Virus record (IMG/VR): IMGVR_UViG_2687453178_000004
From: an uncultured virus (IMG/VR IMGVR_UViG_2687453178_000004)
Lineage: Duplodnaviria > Heunggongvirae > Uroviricota > Caudoviricetes
DNA: 20,000 nucleotides
Reading direction: 5' to 3' (one strand)
Positions 7,327 through 15,092 of this stretch are shown piece by piece (positions within the stretch are counted from its first letter, which is position 1; the number at the start of each line of letters is the position of its first letter). The notes under the pieces were generated by a model, which saw nothing but the letters and a program-made list of their open reading frames with translations, was not told the origin of the DNA and ran no database searches. Position numbers and translations under genes: made by a program.

Positions 7327-7507
7327 AGCTGGATATTTCCTCGTTGTTCTCGTAGATAGTGACAGACTTGTACGAACCGACTAGCTTGGCTAGCCGGATC
7401 ATAAACTCATCAAGGTTTAAGCGTTTCGCATCAGTGAATACGATTTGACGAGCTTGAAGTAATTCGGATCTTTTCTGCTCCGTCGTCTTTTGATTCGTCG
7501 CTTTCAT
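7247..7507 (-). CDS. Hypothetical protein (overlaps both neighbours by about 80 nt)
   Basis: Fills the operon gap; start codon uncertain. Confidence 0.4.
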   Translation of the reverse strand: MKATNQKTTEQKRSELLQARQIVFTDAKRLNLDEFMIRLAKLVGSYKSVTIYENNEEISSYDTRDCTVNARTATSRGDSFEIKITT

Positions 7508-7859
7508 TGTGGTGTTCAGAATCCTTGTATTGGCAATCTTCACAATCGCACTCTGTAAGTTTCACGCTGCTCAAATCCACACCTGCCATCTTTGCAAGAG
7601 CAATAGCTGTTACCTTTGGAAGAAGTTGAGGCATAAGCTCTTTGATCACCTCGCTCAAAGCACAACCGATGTGATCAGCGAGATTATTGTTAACCGTAGG
7701 AAACTGTTCGTGTTTAATGCCTAGACCTACTCTTCCATCATCCTGAATCTCTGGATTAATGGTTAAGGCGATTTTAAAACCGTCCCTTTGCACAAACTCT
7801 TCAAGAAAGTTCATTAGTTCTGGTCGTGTTTTGCTGTTTAGCACTTTTTGGTCGGTCAT
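7431..7859 (-). CDS. Hypothetical protein with a C-terminal CxCxxC motif
   Basis: ATGA coupling with the upstream stop; ECDCEDC motif. Confidence 0.65.
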   Translation of the reverse strand: MTDQKVLNSKTRPELMNFLEEFVQRDGFKIALTINPEIQDDGRVGLGIKHEQFPTVNNNLADHIGCALSEVIKELMPQLLPKVTAIALAKMAGVDLSSVKLTECDCEDCQYKDSEHHNESDESKDDGAEKIRITSSSSNRIH

Positions 7860-8062
7860 TTGTTCATACCTATTTGTTGAATTAGCCACAAAGGGCTTAG
7901 AAGAAAGCCGCTCGTCATAAGCAGCGTTCCAATCAAAAAAATTATGGTCGATGTCTTACTTGTTAACTTTCGATTCATAGAATCATAGAACGACAACACC
8001 GAAATCATAAAAAGAGCGTGACCAACAGAGAAGATCACGAATCCAAACAAAACAACAATCAA
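7856..8062 (-). CDS. Small two-TM membrane protein
   Basis: Two hydrophobic segments; AGGGG RBS, TTG start. Confidence 0.55.
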   Translation of the reverse strand: MIVVLFGFVIFSVGHALFMISVLSFYDSMNRKLTSKTSTIIFLIGTLLMTSGFLLSPLWLIQQIGMNK

Positions 8063-8101
8063 GCCTATTTTCCCCTGTGTTTTGTCTGGTAATACCTTGC
8101 G

Positions 8102-8398
8102 TCACTTTGTGTTGCGCCATTGTGCCATAGCAATAATTTCTTTTGTTGGCGCTAGCTGGTGGCGGCCAAATGGGATTTTGTTTTGTCGCATTATCTCGAT
8201 GACTTTAGGAACTAAGTGGATACTTAGCCCTACTACTCGGTAATGCTCAATCTGTGGGATTGCTCGGCCTAGCTCGAACGCTAGGTACTCAACTGCATCT
8301 TGCTCTGAGCAATGTCTATGGATAGAAAGGAGACGAATAGCTGCGTTAAATCCTATTGCCGCGATTTCATCTCTCGGTGAAACTTTGTTTTTGGTCAT
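8102..8398 (-). CDS. Hypothetical protein, possibly HTH
   Basis: In-operon ORF; YLAFELGRAIPQIEHYR is HTH-like. Confidence 0.6.
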   Translation of the reverse strand: MTKNKVSPRDEIAAIGFNAAIRLLSIHRHCSEQDAVEYLAFELGRAIPQIEHYRVVGLSIHLVPKVIEIMRQNKIPFGRHQLAPTKEIIAMAQWRNTK

Positions 8399-8467
8399 AT
8401 CAGTCATACCTTGCAATATTCATTGAACAAAAATAATTGTATCCGTTCGATGATTATACAAACAAAC

Positions 8468-8926
8468 CTAAATATTGGAATTTATATTTTCAAAAATGTT
8501 GCGTTGCTTCGCGTCCTCTCGCACCAACTCTTCAAAGCTCCATATTCCGGTAAGCTCTCCAATCTGATCGAGCGCTACTAGTGGCAATTTAGACCACGCA
8601 TATTCCACCAGCTCTAAATCTGTACCAACCTTGTTGAAGAATAATTGCTTGCGACTACCTAGCGGATCGTGTCGTACTGGTTCGCCTTCTGGTATTGGGT
8701 TGCCGCCAGTTGCGCCTCGATGGTGAACGGGACAAAGGCCATAACCAAAAAAGTGAGCTAGTGGCTTAACCGCACCTTTCTCACTCGAATGATGAAACTC
8801 AACGTATTCCAACGGTTCAGGCCAATCATTCGGGTGACCAAGCTTATCGCAAGCTATACAACCACAACGTTGAATCACGGCCTGTCCATAGATCTGTTCT
8901 GCCTTTGTCGGTTTGCGACCTTTCAT
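8468..8926 (-). CDS. Ref-like (recombination enhancement) HNH/Zn nuclease
   Basis: MKGRKPTKAE, GCIAC, EFHH and AHFFGYGLCPVHHRG resemble the P1 Ref family; AGGAG RBS before ATG 8926. Confidence 0.75.
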   Translation of the reverse strand: MKGRKPTKAEQIYGQAVIQRCGCIACDKLGHPNDWPEPLEYVEFHHSSEKGAVKPLAHFFGYGLCPVHHRGATGGNPIPEGEPVRHDPLGSRKQLFFNKVGTDLELVEYAWSKLPLVALDQIGELTGIWSFEELVREDAKQRNIFENINSNI

Positions 8927-8951
8927 TGCTCTTCTCCTGTTTTCTAGGCAC

Positions 8952-8984
8952 AAAAAAAGCGCTGCATTCACTGAATGCAACGCT
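8952..8984 (-). terminator. Intrinsic terminator
   Basis: Minus strand reads AGCGTTGCATTCA-g-TGAATGCAGCGC followed by TTTTTTT. Confidence 0.75.
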
Positions 8985-9003
8985 CTAACTCAAAAGCGAT
9001 ACT

Positions 9004-9276
9004 CTAAAGCGTCACTGTTAACGTCTCGGCTTGTTCTTTTAGATCTTCAATCATGGCTCTTGGATAGGAACCAAGCTCCTGAATGTTGATAGGCAGTAAC
9101 GTATCTGCGTCAACTCCTAAGTGATCGGCTATAGCGGCCATTATTTTCTTAGTTGAGTAAGGCTTCATTCTCTGGCTCAGAGCAACTTGCTGATAGCCAG
9201 CTTGCGCAAACACGCCTTTTTTGTAGTAGTGATAAGTGATCAGGTAGTAGGTTAATACTTGGTTCGGATTACTCAT
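9004..9276 (-). CDS. Hypothetical phage protein
   Basis: 90-aa in-operon ORF. Confidence 0.65.
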   Translation of the reverse strand: MSNPNQVLTYYLITYHYYKKGVFAQAGYQQVALSQRMKPYSTKKIMAAIADHLGVDADTLLPINIQELGSYPRAMIEDLKEQAETLTVTL

Positions 9277-9289
9277 CTAATGCGTTCCC

Positions 9290-10102
9290 CTAAATAACTG
9301 CTAATGTCTCTTGGTATTTTTTGAATAGTTCTAACACTCGCCCTTTGGCCGCAAATCGCCCTAACTGTCCACCAGCAAACCATAATCCGGTATCTGATAG
9401 TGAGAGAAGTTGAATTTCTTTCTTGAGCGCGGCTTTAAAGTCCTCAATGAGCACCATCTTAGTGAGAACGGGGAACGTCCCACTATTCACTGTGATTGGT
9501 CTAGTTGGAACGTCATAAGCTTCCACTAGCTCTTTAGCCTTTTGATTGGATAGCCCGTAGTGAATACCCAAACCAGAAACAATCGCATATCCAGCCGGAA
9601 TAAAATTGCGCTCTAACTCGTCAATTCGTCGATGAGCGTCGTTGGCCGTTTCAATGGCCTGTTTGGTCTGCTTCTCCTGTTCAACTAGAGCCTTTGCTTG
9701 CTCAAGTAACCATTCCGCGCTTGTTCGCGGCTGTTCGGTCAATGAATAGGAGCCATGCTTTCGAATGTTTGGTAACACTTCGTGAGTGATCCAACGCTGA
9801 AACGGCTTACCCTTTGGCGCTTGGCTGGAAAGAATCAAGTCATACATACCAGCCTCGTTTATTACCGTAAGCCGTTGATTTAACTCTAACGTCGAGCAGC
9901 TCGACGTTGGAAATTCGGCCATTAATTGCTTTAGCGGCTTCTTATCTTGTTCTGAAACATACCGATTAACCGCATCACGAGCGTTCACAAGGCCAAGCAT
10001 TGCGCCGACCTCGTTCCCGATAAACCAAGGATCGTTATCCATATCAATGATGACGGTCAGATCCCCAAAAATAGGTTTGTTGAATTTGGTTATGTTCATC
10101 AA
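9290..10102 (-). CDS. BRO-N domain phage antirepressor-like protein
   Basis: FNKPIFGDLTVI...PWFIGNEVGAMLG, INEAGMYDLILSS, FQRWITHEVLPNIRKHGSY. Confidence 0.9.
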   Translation of the reverse strand: MMNITKFNKPIFGDLTVIIDMDNDPWFIGNEVGAMLGLVNARDAVNRYVSEQDKKPLKQLMAEFPTSSCSTLELNQRLTVINEAGMYDLILSSQAPKGKPFQRWITHEVLPNIRKHGSYSLTEQPRTSAEWLLEQAKALVEQEKQTKQAIETANDAHRRIDELERNFIPAGYAIVSGLGIHYGLSNQKAKELVEAYDVPTRPITVNSGTFPVLTKMVLIEDFKAALKKEIQLLSLSDTGLWFAGGQLGRFAAKGRVLELFKKYQETLAVI

Positions 10103-10142
10103 CGTAATTCCTTAAAACATGGTTCTTTTGGTCATACCCTGC

Positions 10143-10334
10143 TTACACACGAACACGCACTATTGGCTTAACTTCAGTCATGCAATGAATATCAATAGAG
10201 TCGCCTTGCGGCGGCTCATAACACACGACTTTGAAATCATTCGGATCTACTGGCTTTTTAGGTCTAATGAATTGACTATATCTCTTCCCGTTAAGCTTGA
10301 AATCGTACTGATAAGGCAAGTCTCGTAATTTCAT
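10143..10334 (-). CDS. Hypothetical protein, 63 aa
   Basis: GAGGT RBS, in operon. Confidence 0.6.
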   Translation of the reverse strand: MKLRDLPYQYDFKLNGKRYSQFIRPKKPVDPNDFKVVCYEPPQGDSIDIHCMTEVKPIVRVRV

Positions 10335-10336
10335 GC

Positions 10337-10486
10337 CTACCTCACCAATTTGAGTGATTTCAATCTCGCAACGATTACGCCAGCTAGAAAGTAAATCATC
10401 ACCGTAAATTCGATGCCGAACTTAGCCAGCATGTAGATCGCTAGTGCGCCGTGTATCGCTACTAGAACGGTTTCACTAAAACGCAT
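10337..10486 (-). CDS. Small 49-aa membrane protein (not in the ORF track)
   Basis: AGGTGAG RBS; MRFSETVLVAIHGALAIYMLAKFGIEFTVMIYFLAGVIVARLKSLKLVR*; exactly fills the operon gap. Confidence 0.65.
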   Translation of the reverse strand: MRFSETVLVAIHGALAIYMLAKFGIEFTVMIYFLAGVIVARLKSLKLVR

Positions 10487-10493
10487 AACTCAC

Positions 10494-10799
10494 CTAGAAA
10501 CGAAAACGATGCTTGATTTGTTGAATGTTGTGGAACACTGGCAAGTGAAGCTTCTTTGCGTAAGCAACTTCAGCGAATGCGCCAACGCTAGTTTTCCAGT
10601 TCGGCAAGCAATAAATCGCGTCAACTTCACGAATCATTGCCATTGCTATATCCATGTACCCTTGTTCGCTTAATCCTTCTGGCAACATCAGTGTGTGAAC
10701 GGGAACGTGACCGATGCACTGAATCTTTAGGGCTGCGCGTTTAAATTGCGCTTCGCTATCAGGCACATCGGTAACGCCACCAGCGATATAAATCCTCAT
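10494..10799 (-). CDS. DUF4406 family protein (nucleoside 2-deoxyribosyltransferase-like fold)
   Basis: MRIYIAGGVT, YMDIAMAMIREVDAIYCLPNWKTSVGAFAEVAYAKKL. Confidence 0.85.
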   Translation of the reverse strand: MRIYIAGGVTDVPDSEAQFKRAALKIQCIGHVPVHTLMLPEGLSEQGYMDIAMAMIREVDAIYCLPNWKTSVGAFAEVAYAKKLHLPVFHNIQQIKHRFRF

Positions 10800-11197
10800 C
10801 CCTTAATGCTCTCCATTTCGCGTCTAAGGGCGTTGATTTTTAGCTCAATACGCTCAATTTCTTCGGTACTGGATTCTTTAGTGATTTGATGTTGCAGCTC
10901 CGAAATCTCGCGTGGGATCTCTCCTACTCGCCATAGATAAAAATCAAGCTTTTCGATTTTCTTATGTCGGATAGCTTCTAGCTGGTCTTTGTCTACGAGC
11001 TGGTAGATCTGCGCTAGCATGATTTCAACGTCAGCAATTTCTTCCATCACTTCAGTGATCGAGCCTTTGCCTTGTCGAAAGTGGTGGTACAGGGCAACGG
11101 CCAATTCATTTAGCTCTGAAATGGCTTGTTCAACTTGGCGTCTGCGCCCCATTGTTAACAATACTTGGCAAGCTTTTTGGTCTGGTAATTTGGTCAT
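10796..11197 (-). CDS. MazG-like NTP pyrophosphohydrolase
   Basis: Q...AISELNEL and MEEIADVEIMLAQI motifs. Confidence 0.75.
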   Translation of the reverse strand: MTKLPDQKACQVLLTMGRRRQVEQAISELNELAVALYHHFRQGKGSITEVMEEIADVEIMLAQIYQLVDKDQLEAIRHKKIEKLDFYLWRVGEIPREISELQHQITKESSTEEIERIELKINALRREMESIKG

Positions 11198-11229
11198 TGA
11201 TTGTTGCCTTTTGTTTTGTTTCGAAAACA

Positions 11230-11258
11230 AATATATGATCGAAATTAACGTTTGTAAA
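11230..11258 (-). promoter_or_regulatory. Internal promoter TTTACA-17-TATATT
   Basis: Same hexamers as 1948-1976; adjacent near-palindrome TTGTTTCGAAAACAA. Confidence 0.65.
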
Positions 11259-11259
11259 T

Positions 11260-11625
11260 TTAACAGACCGAAAATTTAGATTCTTCTTTTGCGCGGTGAA
11301 GAGCCTCTAAAGCAACATCAAACGCTTCAATTTCCATTCGCCCGTATGAGTTACACGTATTGCCGATCATGCTAGCCATGCCAGCTAGTGTTTTTAAGTC
11401 CTGTTCTAAGTTCTCACTCAATACTTTGAAGTCTCTTTGCTTCGCTAGCTTGTGAAGGCGAGATACGCTCAAGAATGCGTTGCTGGTGGCTTCTAGGTAA
11501 TTCACTAGCGCTTTAGCAAACTCCTGATCCATTGCTGGCACATCGTTGTTGATTGCGATTTCTTCAAAGCCGTACTCGTGCATTTTGGCGATCAAAATCT
11601 TCATTTGCTGCTTGATATCGTTCAT
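11260..11625 (-). CDS. Hypothetical phage protein
   Basis: ATGA-coupled to the P-like gene. Confidence 0.7.
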   Translation of the reverse strand: MNDIKQQMKILIAKMHEYGFEEIAINNDVPAMDQEFAKALVNYLEATSNAFLSVSRLHKLAKQRDFKVLSENLEQDLKTLAGMASMIGNTCNSYGRMEIEAFDVALEALHRAKEESKFSVC

Positions 11626-12311
11626 CGTTTCATGGCCCTTAGTTGGTCAATTCGATCAGAAAACTCGTGTCGTTCTCCTGAACGTCGATACTCTTCTCGA
11701 ACCTTGTCACTTACCGAAACTCGACTGTGTACTGGTAGCGCTTTTAGCTCATCCTCTGCAAGTCTCAAGCGGCCAGCTCGTTCTTTAGCGTCTGCATCCC
11801 GTAGATACTTGATGAAAAGTTCTAACTCTCCACCAGCTCTAGCTCGTTTCAAATCCCAATCACAATTTTGTGCTACCCATTTCTCGGCTCTCCCCATTGG
11901 CGCACGATTCAAAAATCGGTCATAGGCTTCGCGGTATTCCGCTTCGGTTCGCTGGTTAATCTGAGTCATCAACTCACCAAGCGATGGAGGGAAGCGGTTA
12001 CCGTTGGATAGTCGGTCAAAGCAGATCGCTAGTATCCGGTTAAGTTGCAAATCATTCAGGGTCGAAAGGAAGTTTCCCCATGCCGTAGTAATCACTGCGC
12101 CATTCATCGTGACCCATGTCTTGCCGTACATTTCCGTTAGCGTGTCCCATAGGGCTGTTAGCTTGGGATTCAATCCATTGGCGCTGTTGTTGTACTCGTG
12201 CAAATTTGATTGCTGGCGATTGGTTTGGGTAAATCCGCAACCATTCAGGGAAGATTGACTGATCGGCATTCTCGCCATAACCGATTCCATTGATTTCAAA
12301 TTTCTGTCCAT
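11622..12311 (-). CDS. Replication protein P-like (putative helicase loader)
   Basis: Directly after the initiator; LWDTLTEMYGKTW...W...L...FPPSLGEL pattern; GAGGT RBS. Confidence 0.6.
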   Translation of the reverse strand: MDRNLKSMESVMARMPISQSSLNGCGFTQTNRQQSNLHEYNNSANGLNPKLTALWDTLTEMYGKTWVTMNGAVITTAWGNFLSTLNDLQLNRILAICFDRLSNGNRFPPSLGELMTQINQRTEAEYREAYDRFLNRAPMGRAEKWVAQNCDWDLKRARAGGELELFIKYLRDADAKERAGRLRLAEDELKALPVHSRVSVSDKVREEYRRSGERHEFSDRIDQLRAMKR

Positions 12312-13011
12312 TGTCGATACCTCTTAGATTCGTGTCGTTAAGCAATTCATCTGTCCAGCGTTCGTACTTGATGTAACGTTCTGGATGTAAGCGATCAAAA
12401 CCTTGTTGCTGCGCTGCATTGCGTCGCTTTACGTCTTCAGCGAGCATTCGTGCAAACTCGTAAGGCTCGGCCTTTAGGCGCTTGATAGCTCGCTTAAACT
12501 CATTGAATGCTTGAATCTTCCCAACCTTTCTCATTCCGGCAGTCCAGAAAATTGCAAACGCATCAGAAAGCAATTGGTCTGAATCGTCAGATTCGGACGA
12601 AGTATTTAGATCAGTATTTAGTTTAAGATCAGTATTTAGTAGTGTCGTATTAGCCGGATCTGGCTTTTCCGTAATACGGCTTTCACGGATTAGGCTTTTT
12701 GGATAGTCACTCACTTCATACCAGGTTGAACCGTCAGCCTCTTTGTGGCGAAGGCAAAAGCCACGCTCAATAAGCTCTTTTAGTATTACGTAAACACCAT
12801 CACGCCCCGTTTTCTTCATGGTTCCGGTGGTTACTTTCTCTAAGTGGGACACTTTAACTTCCCAATCATCAGGTTTTGACAACAAGTAACTAAGCAATCC
12901 CATAGCTTGAAAACTCAAACAATGGTCTGCATAAACCTCGTTGCAAATCATGGTGAAGTTGCGACTTGCACGTTTACGCTTGATCGTTGCGTTCTTATTT
13001 GGTTGTGCCAT
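12052..13011 (-). CDS. Phage replication initiator (O-like)
   Basis: NFTMI.N...LSFQAMGLLSYLLSKPDDW winged helix; FAIFW...RKVGK.QA and LHPERYIKYERWTDE; internal repeats. Confidence 0.85.
   Translation of the reverse strand: MAQPNKNATIKRKRASRNFTMICNEVYADHCLSFQAMGLLSYLLSKPDDWEVKVSHLEKVTTGTMKKTGRDGVYVILKELIERGFCLRHKEADGSTWYEVSDYPKSLIRESRITEKPDPANTTLLNTDLKLNTDLNTSSESDDSDQLLSDAFAIFWTAGMRKVGKIQAFNEFKRAIKRLKAEPYEFARMLAEDVKRRNAAQQQGFDRLHPERYIKYERWTDELLNDTNLRGIDNGQKFEINGIGYGENADQSIFPEWLRIYPNQSPAIKFARVQQQRQWIESQANSPMGHANGNVRQDMGHDEWRSDYYGMGKLPFDPE
12601..12703. repeat. Putative phage origin of replication inside the initiator gene
   Basis: AGATCAGTATTTAGT twice (12608, 12626) plus a partial copy at 12601; GGCTTT-containing repeats at 12662, 12678 and 12693. 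Confidence 0.6.
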
Positions 13012-13083
13012 ATAATTACCTCGTCACAGCACTAACATTTGGTGCAAACTTAAAGACCGCCGCCTCACACGGCGGTTTTTTTT
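12987..13083 (+). ncRNA. OOP-like antisense unit: promoter TTGCGT-18-TATAAT (12987-13016), RNA about 13023-13083, terminator 13056-13083
   Basis: Plus-strand promoter over the O start and a plus-strand terminator ACCGCCG-7-CGGCGG-TTTTTTTT, both inside a minus-strand operon; same position as lambda oop. Confidence 0.65.
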
Positions 13084-13085
13084 AC

Positions 13086-13400
13086 TTAAAATTCACTATT
13101 TGTTCGAATGTCTTTGTAGATAGAACTTGCGCGTTCAGCCTGTTCTTCTTCGTTGTATTCGTCTTTAGGTTCAGTCAAACCACACTTTTCAACTAACGCT
13201 TGTCTGAGTGATTCAAGTTTCTCGACTGGCACTCCCAATGCGTTGCTGAGTTCATCGACATCTTTCCACCAGTTGAAACTTGTCGCGCTCAAAACGCAGT
13301 AAGCTCCTAACTCTTCAAGCGTCAAACCACGCTTAAAAATCATCGTTGGAACGACAGCCATGTTGTTTAGAACGAAAAAGCGATTTTCAGGAATGTTCAT
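13086..13400 (-). CDS. Putative winged-HTH protein (cII position)
   Basis: GAGGT RBS; LTLEELGAYCVL...VDELSNALGVPVEKLESLRQALVE. Confidence 0.65.
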   Translation of the reverse strand: MNIPENRFFVLNNMAVVPTMIFKRGLTLEELGAYCVLSATSFNWWKDVDELSNALGVPVEKLESLRQALVEKCGLTEPKDEYNEEEQAERASSIYKDIRTNSEF

Positions 13401-13601
13401 GGTTACCTCTCAATGTGCTTTGGTTGAGCGTGGCGACACTGAGCTATTAGCGCCACAAGTGGGTGGCTGATAGGAAATAGCTCCCACGCTCACCAAAACA
13501 CACTTTTAGGTTATCTACTGTTGAGTGTCGTCAACATTCGATGAATGCAATCATTGATCGTAAACAGCGAGGTTGTCAAATAAAAAATTTTCGACCAATA
13601 A

Positions 13602-13630
13602 TCGACCAAAAAAAAGAATTAGTTTATACT
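13602..13630 (+). promoter_or_regulatory. Candidate repressor promoter TCGACC-17-TATACT; TCGACCAA direct repeat (13591, 13602); palindrome TGTGAATTTCACA just downstream
   Basis: Read directly in the divergent immunity region. Confidence 0.45.
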
Positions 13631-13691
13631 TGGTGTGTGAATTTCACATACATATACAAGCGTAATATTTAAACATCAAACAGGGGGCATT

Positions 13692-14327
13692 ATGTCTATG
13701 TCTGTGCTTGCTCGGAACATTGAGCAAAGGAAACGGGATTTAAACATAACCAAAAGCATCGACTTGGCAAAGAGATCTGGTGTAAGTCGAGCGGTGTTAA
13801 CCAACATCAAATTGAATCCAGAAAAAAGTATCATGCTTGATTCGGCTATCAGGCTAGCAGATGCCCTCGATTGCCGTCTTGAGTGGTTAGCTACTGGTGA
13901 AGGTTCGCCAACGGCTGACGAATACAAAGAGCTTTCTCGCATTGAACTAGGTGCTCCCCTAGTATCATTAAACTCGTTCGTTGACGTTGACCCAGATGAG
14001 TTTTTAAAAACGGGCGTTTCAGAGCGCACTCAACGATTCCCTTGCCCTAGTGGAAACTCAAAGAGTCAATTCGTTGTAAAGGTGAACGACCAAATCAAAA
14101 ACTATCCTGCTGGTGGCTACTTGTACTTTGACATTGATAAATCACCTGTGTCTGGTCAATTGGTTGTAGCAAACACTGGTAACAACGTGGAGATCATGGA
14201 ATACCAATCCGCACACGGTAGGCAGTTTTTGAAATCCATGAATGAAGAGTTACCTCTTGAATTGCGTCTTGTAGAAATCACTGGTCAGAAATTAATTGGC
14301 ACTTTCGCTGCGTATGCGATATTCTAA
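13692..14327 (+). CDS. CI-like phage repressor (XRE HTH plus degenerate S24 domain)
   Basis: DLAKRSGVSRAVLTNI...LADALDCRLEWLATGEG; the C-terminus has S24-like spacing. Confidence 0.88.
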   Translation: MSMSVLARNIEQRKRDLNITKSIDLAKRSGVSRAVLTNIKLNPEKSIMLDSAIRLADALDCRLEWLATGEGSPTADEYKELSRIELGAPLVSLNSFVDVDPDEFLKTGVSERTQRFPCPSGNSKSQFVVKVNDQIKNYPAGGYLYFDIDKSPVSGQLVVANTGNNVEIMEYQSAHGRQFLKSMNEELPLELRLVEITGQKLIGTFAAYAIF

Positions 14328-14372
14328 TTTGTGGTGATAGATATCACTCACAATCAGCTTTTAAAAGGATTT

Positions 14373-14397
14373 CCCTCGCTATGCGAGGGTTTTTTTT
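14373..14397 (+). terminator. Intrinsic terminator after the repressor
   Basis: CCCTCGC-tat-GCGAGGG-TTTTTTTT. Confidence 0.85.
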
Positions 14398-14650
14398 GTC
14401 TAAAATTCCAAATCAATCAAAAACGAAAACAATAATTTCATTTTTTCTCGTTCTCGATCACTTCCAATATTTTCATCGTTAAGTTAATCTTTGCATCGTT
14501 CGGAAACAAACGAACAAAAATAAAACCGCCCATTTCTGAGCGGCTTTATTCACAAGGTATGACCAGACCATTTAATGGTATGACCGTGTTGAAGCGGCGA
14601 CCAAACCGCTACAACGCCGTCATAGTATCACAAAAGATAAGTGAGTAAAC

Positions 14651-15079
14651 ATGACTATTGACGAAGCAAAAATGACTGGCGAAGGAGCTGCCAAAAAAGA
14701 CCCTCAAATGGAACGTGTGACTAACTTCCCTGAGTTTATCGAGCGTGTAGAGGCTGGCTCGATTGCTAACGTTCTTGGTTTAGCCACATCCAACGTGGCG
14801 CTAGCCGTATCTAACTCCGGTAAAGCTGGCGAGATCATCTTAAAGCTAAAACTTTCACCAGCATCTAAAACCGACCCGTCGATTATGAATGTAACCACGG
14901 CGATCACGGTTAAAGAACCGAAAGTAAATTACGGCTCGAAAGTCGAAGACTTCAAATATGAAACCGTGGCGTTTGCTGGCTTCGGTGGCAAGTTGAGTTA
15001 TGACCGCCCAGCCGTTGGCGTCCACAACCAGCTAGAAATTCCGGCTGGCATTAGCAAACTAAGCGTTGGTAAATACTAA
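14651..15079 (+). CDS. Phage protein, YfdP-like partner of DUF2303
   Basis: LATSNVALAVSNSGKAGEIILKL; located immediately upstream of the YfdQ-like gene. Confidence 0.65.
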   Translation: MTIDEAKMTGEGAAKKDPQMERVTNFPEFIERVEAGSIANVLGLATSNVALAVSNSGKAGEIILKLKLSPASKTDPSIMNVTTAITVKEPKVNYGSKVEDFKYETVAFAGFGGKLSYDRPAVGVHNQLEIPAGISKLSVGKY

Positions 15080-15092
15080 GGAGTAAAGAAGA

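Noticed and set aside
7124..13196. Plus-strand ORFs within the leftward operon (7124, 7509, 10119, 11019, 11546, 11578, 12004, 12987)
   Set aside because: Antisense to well-supported phage genes and without recognisable motifs.
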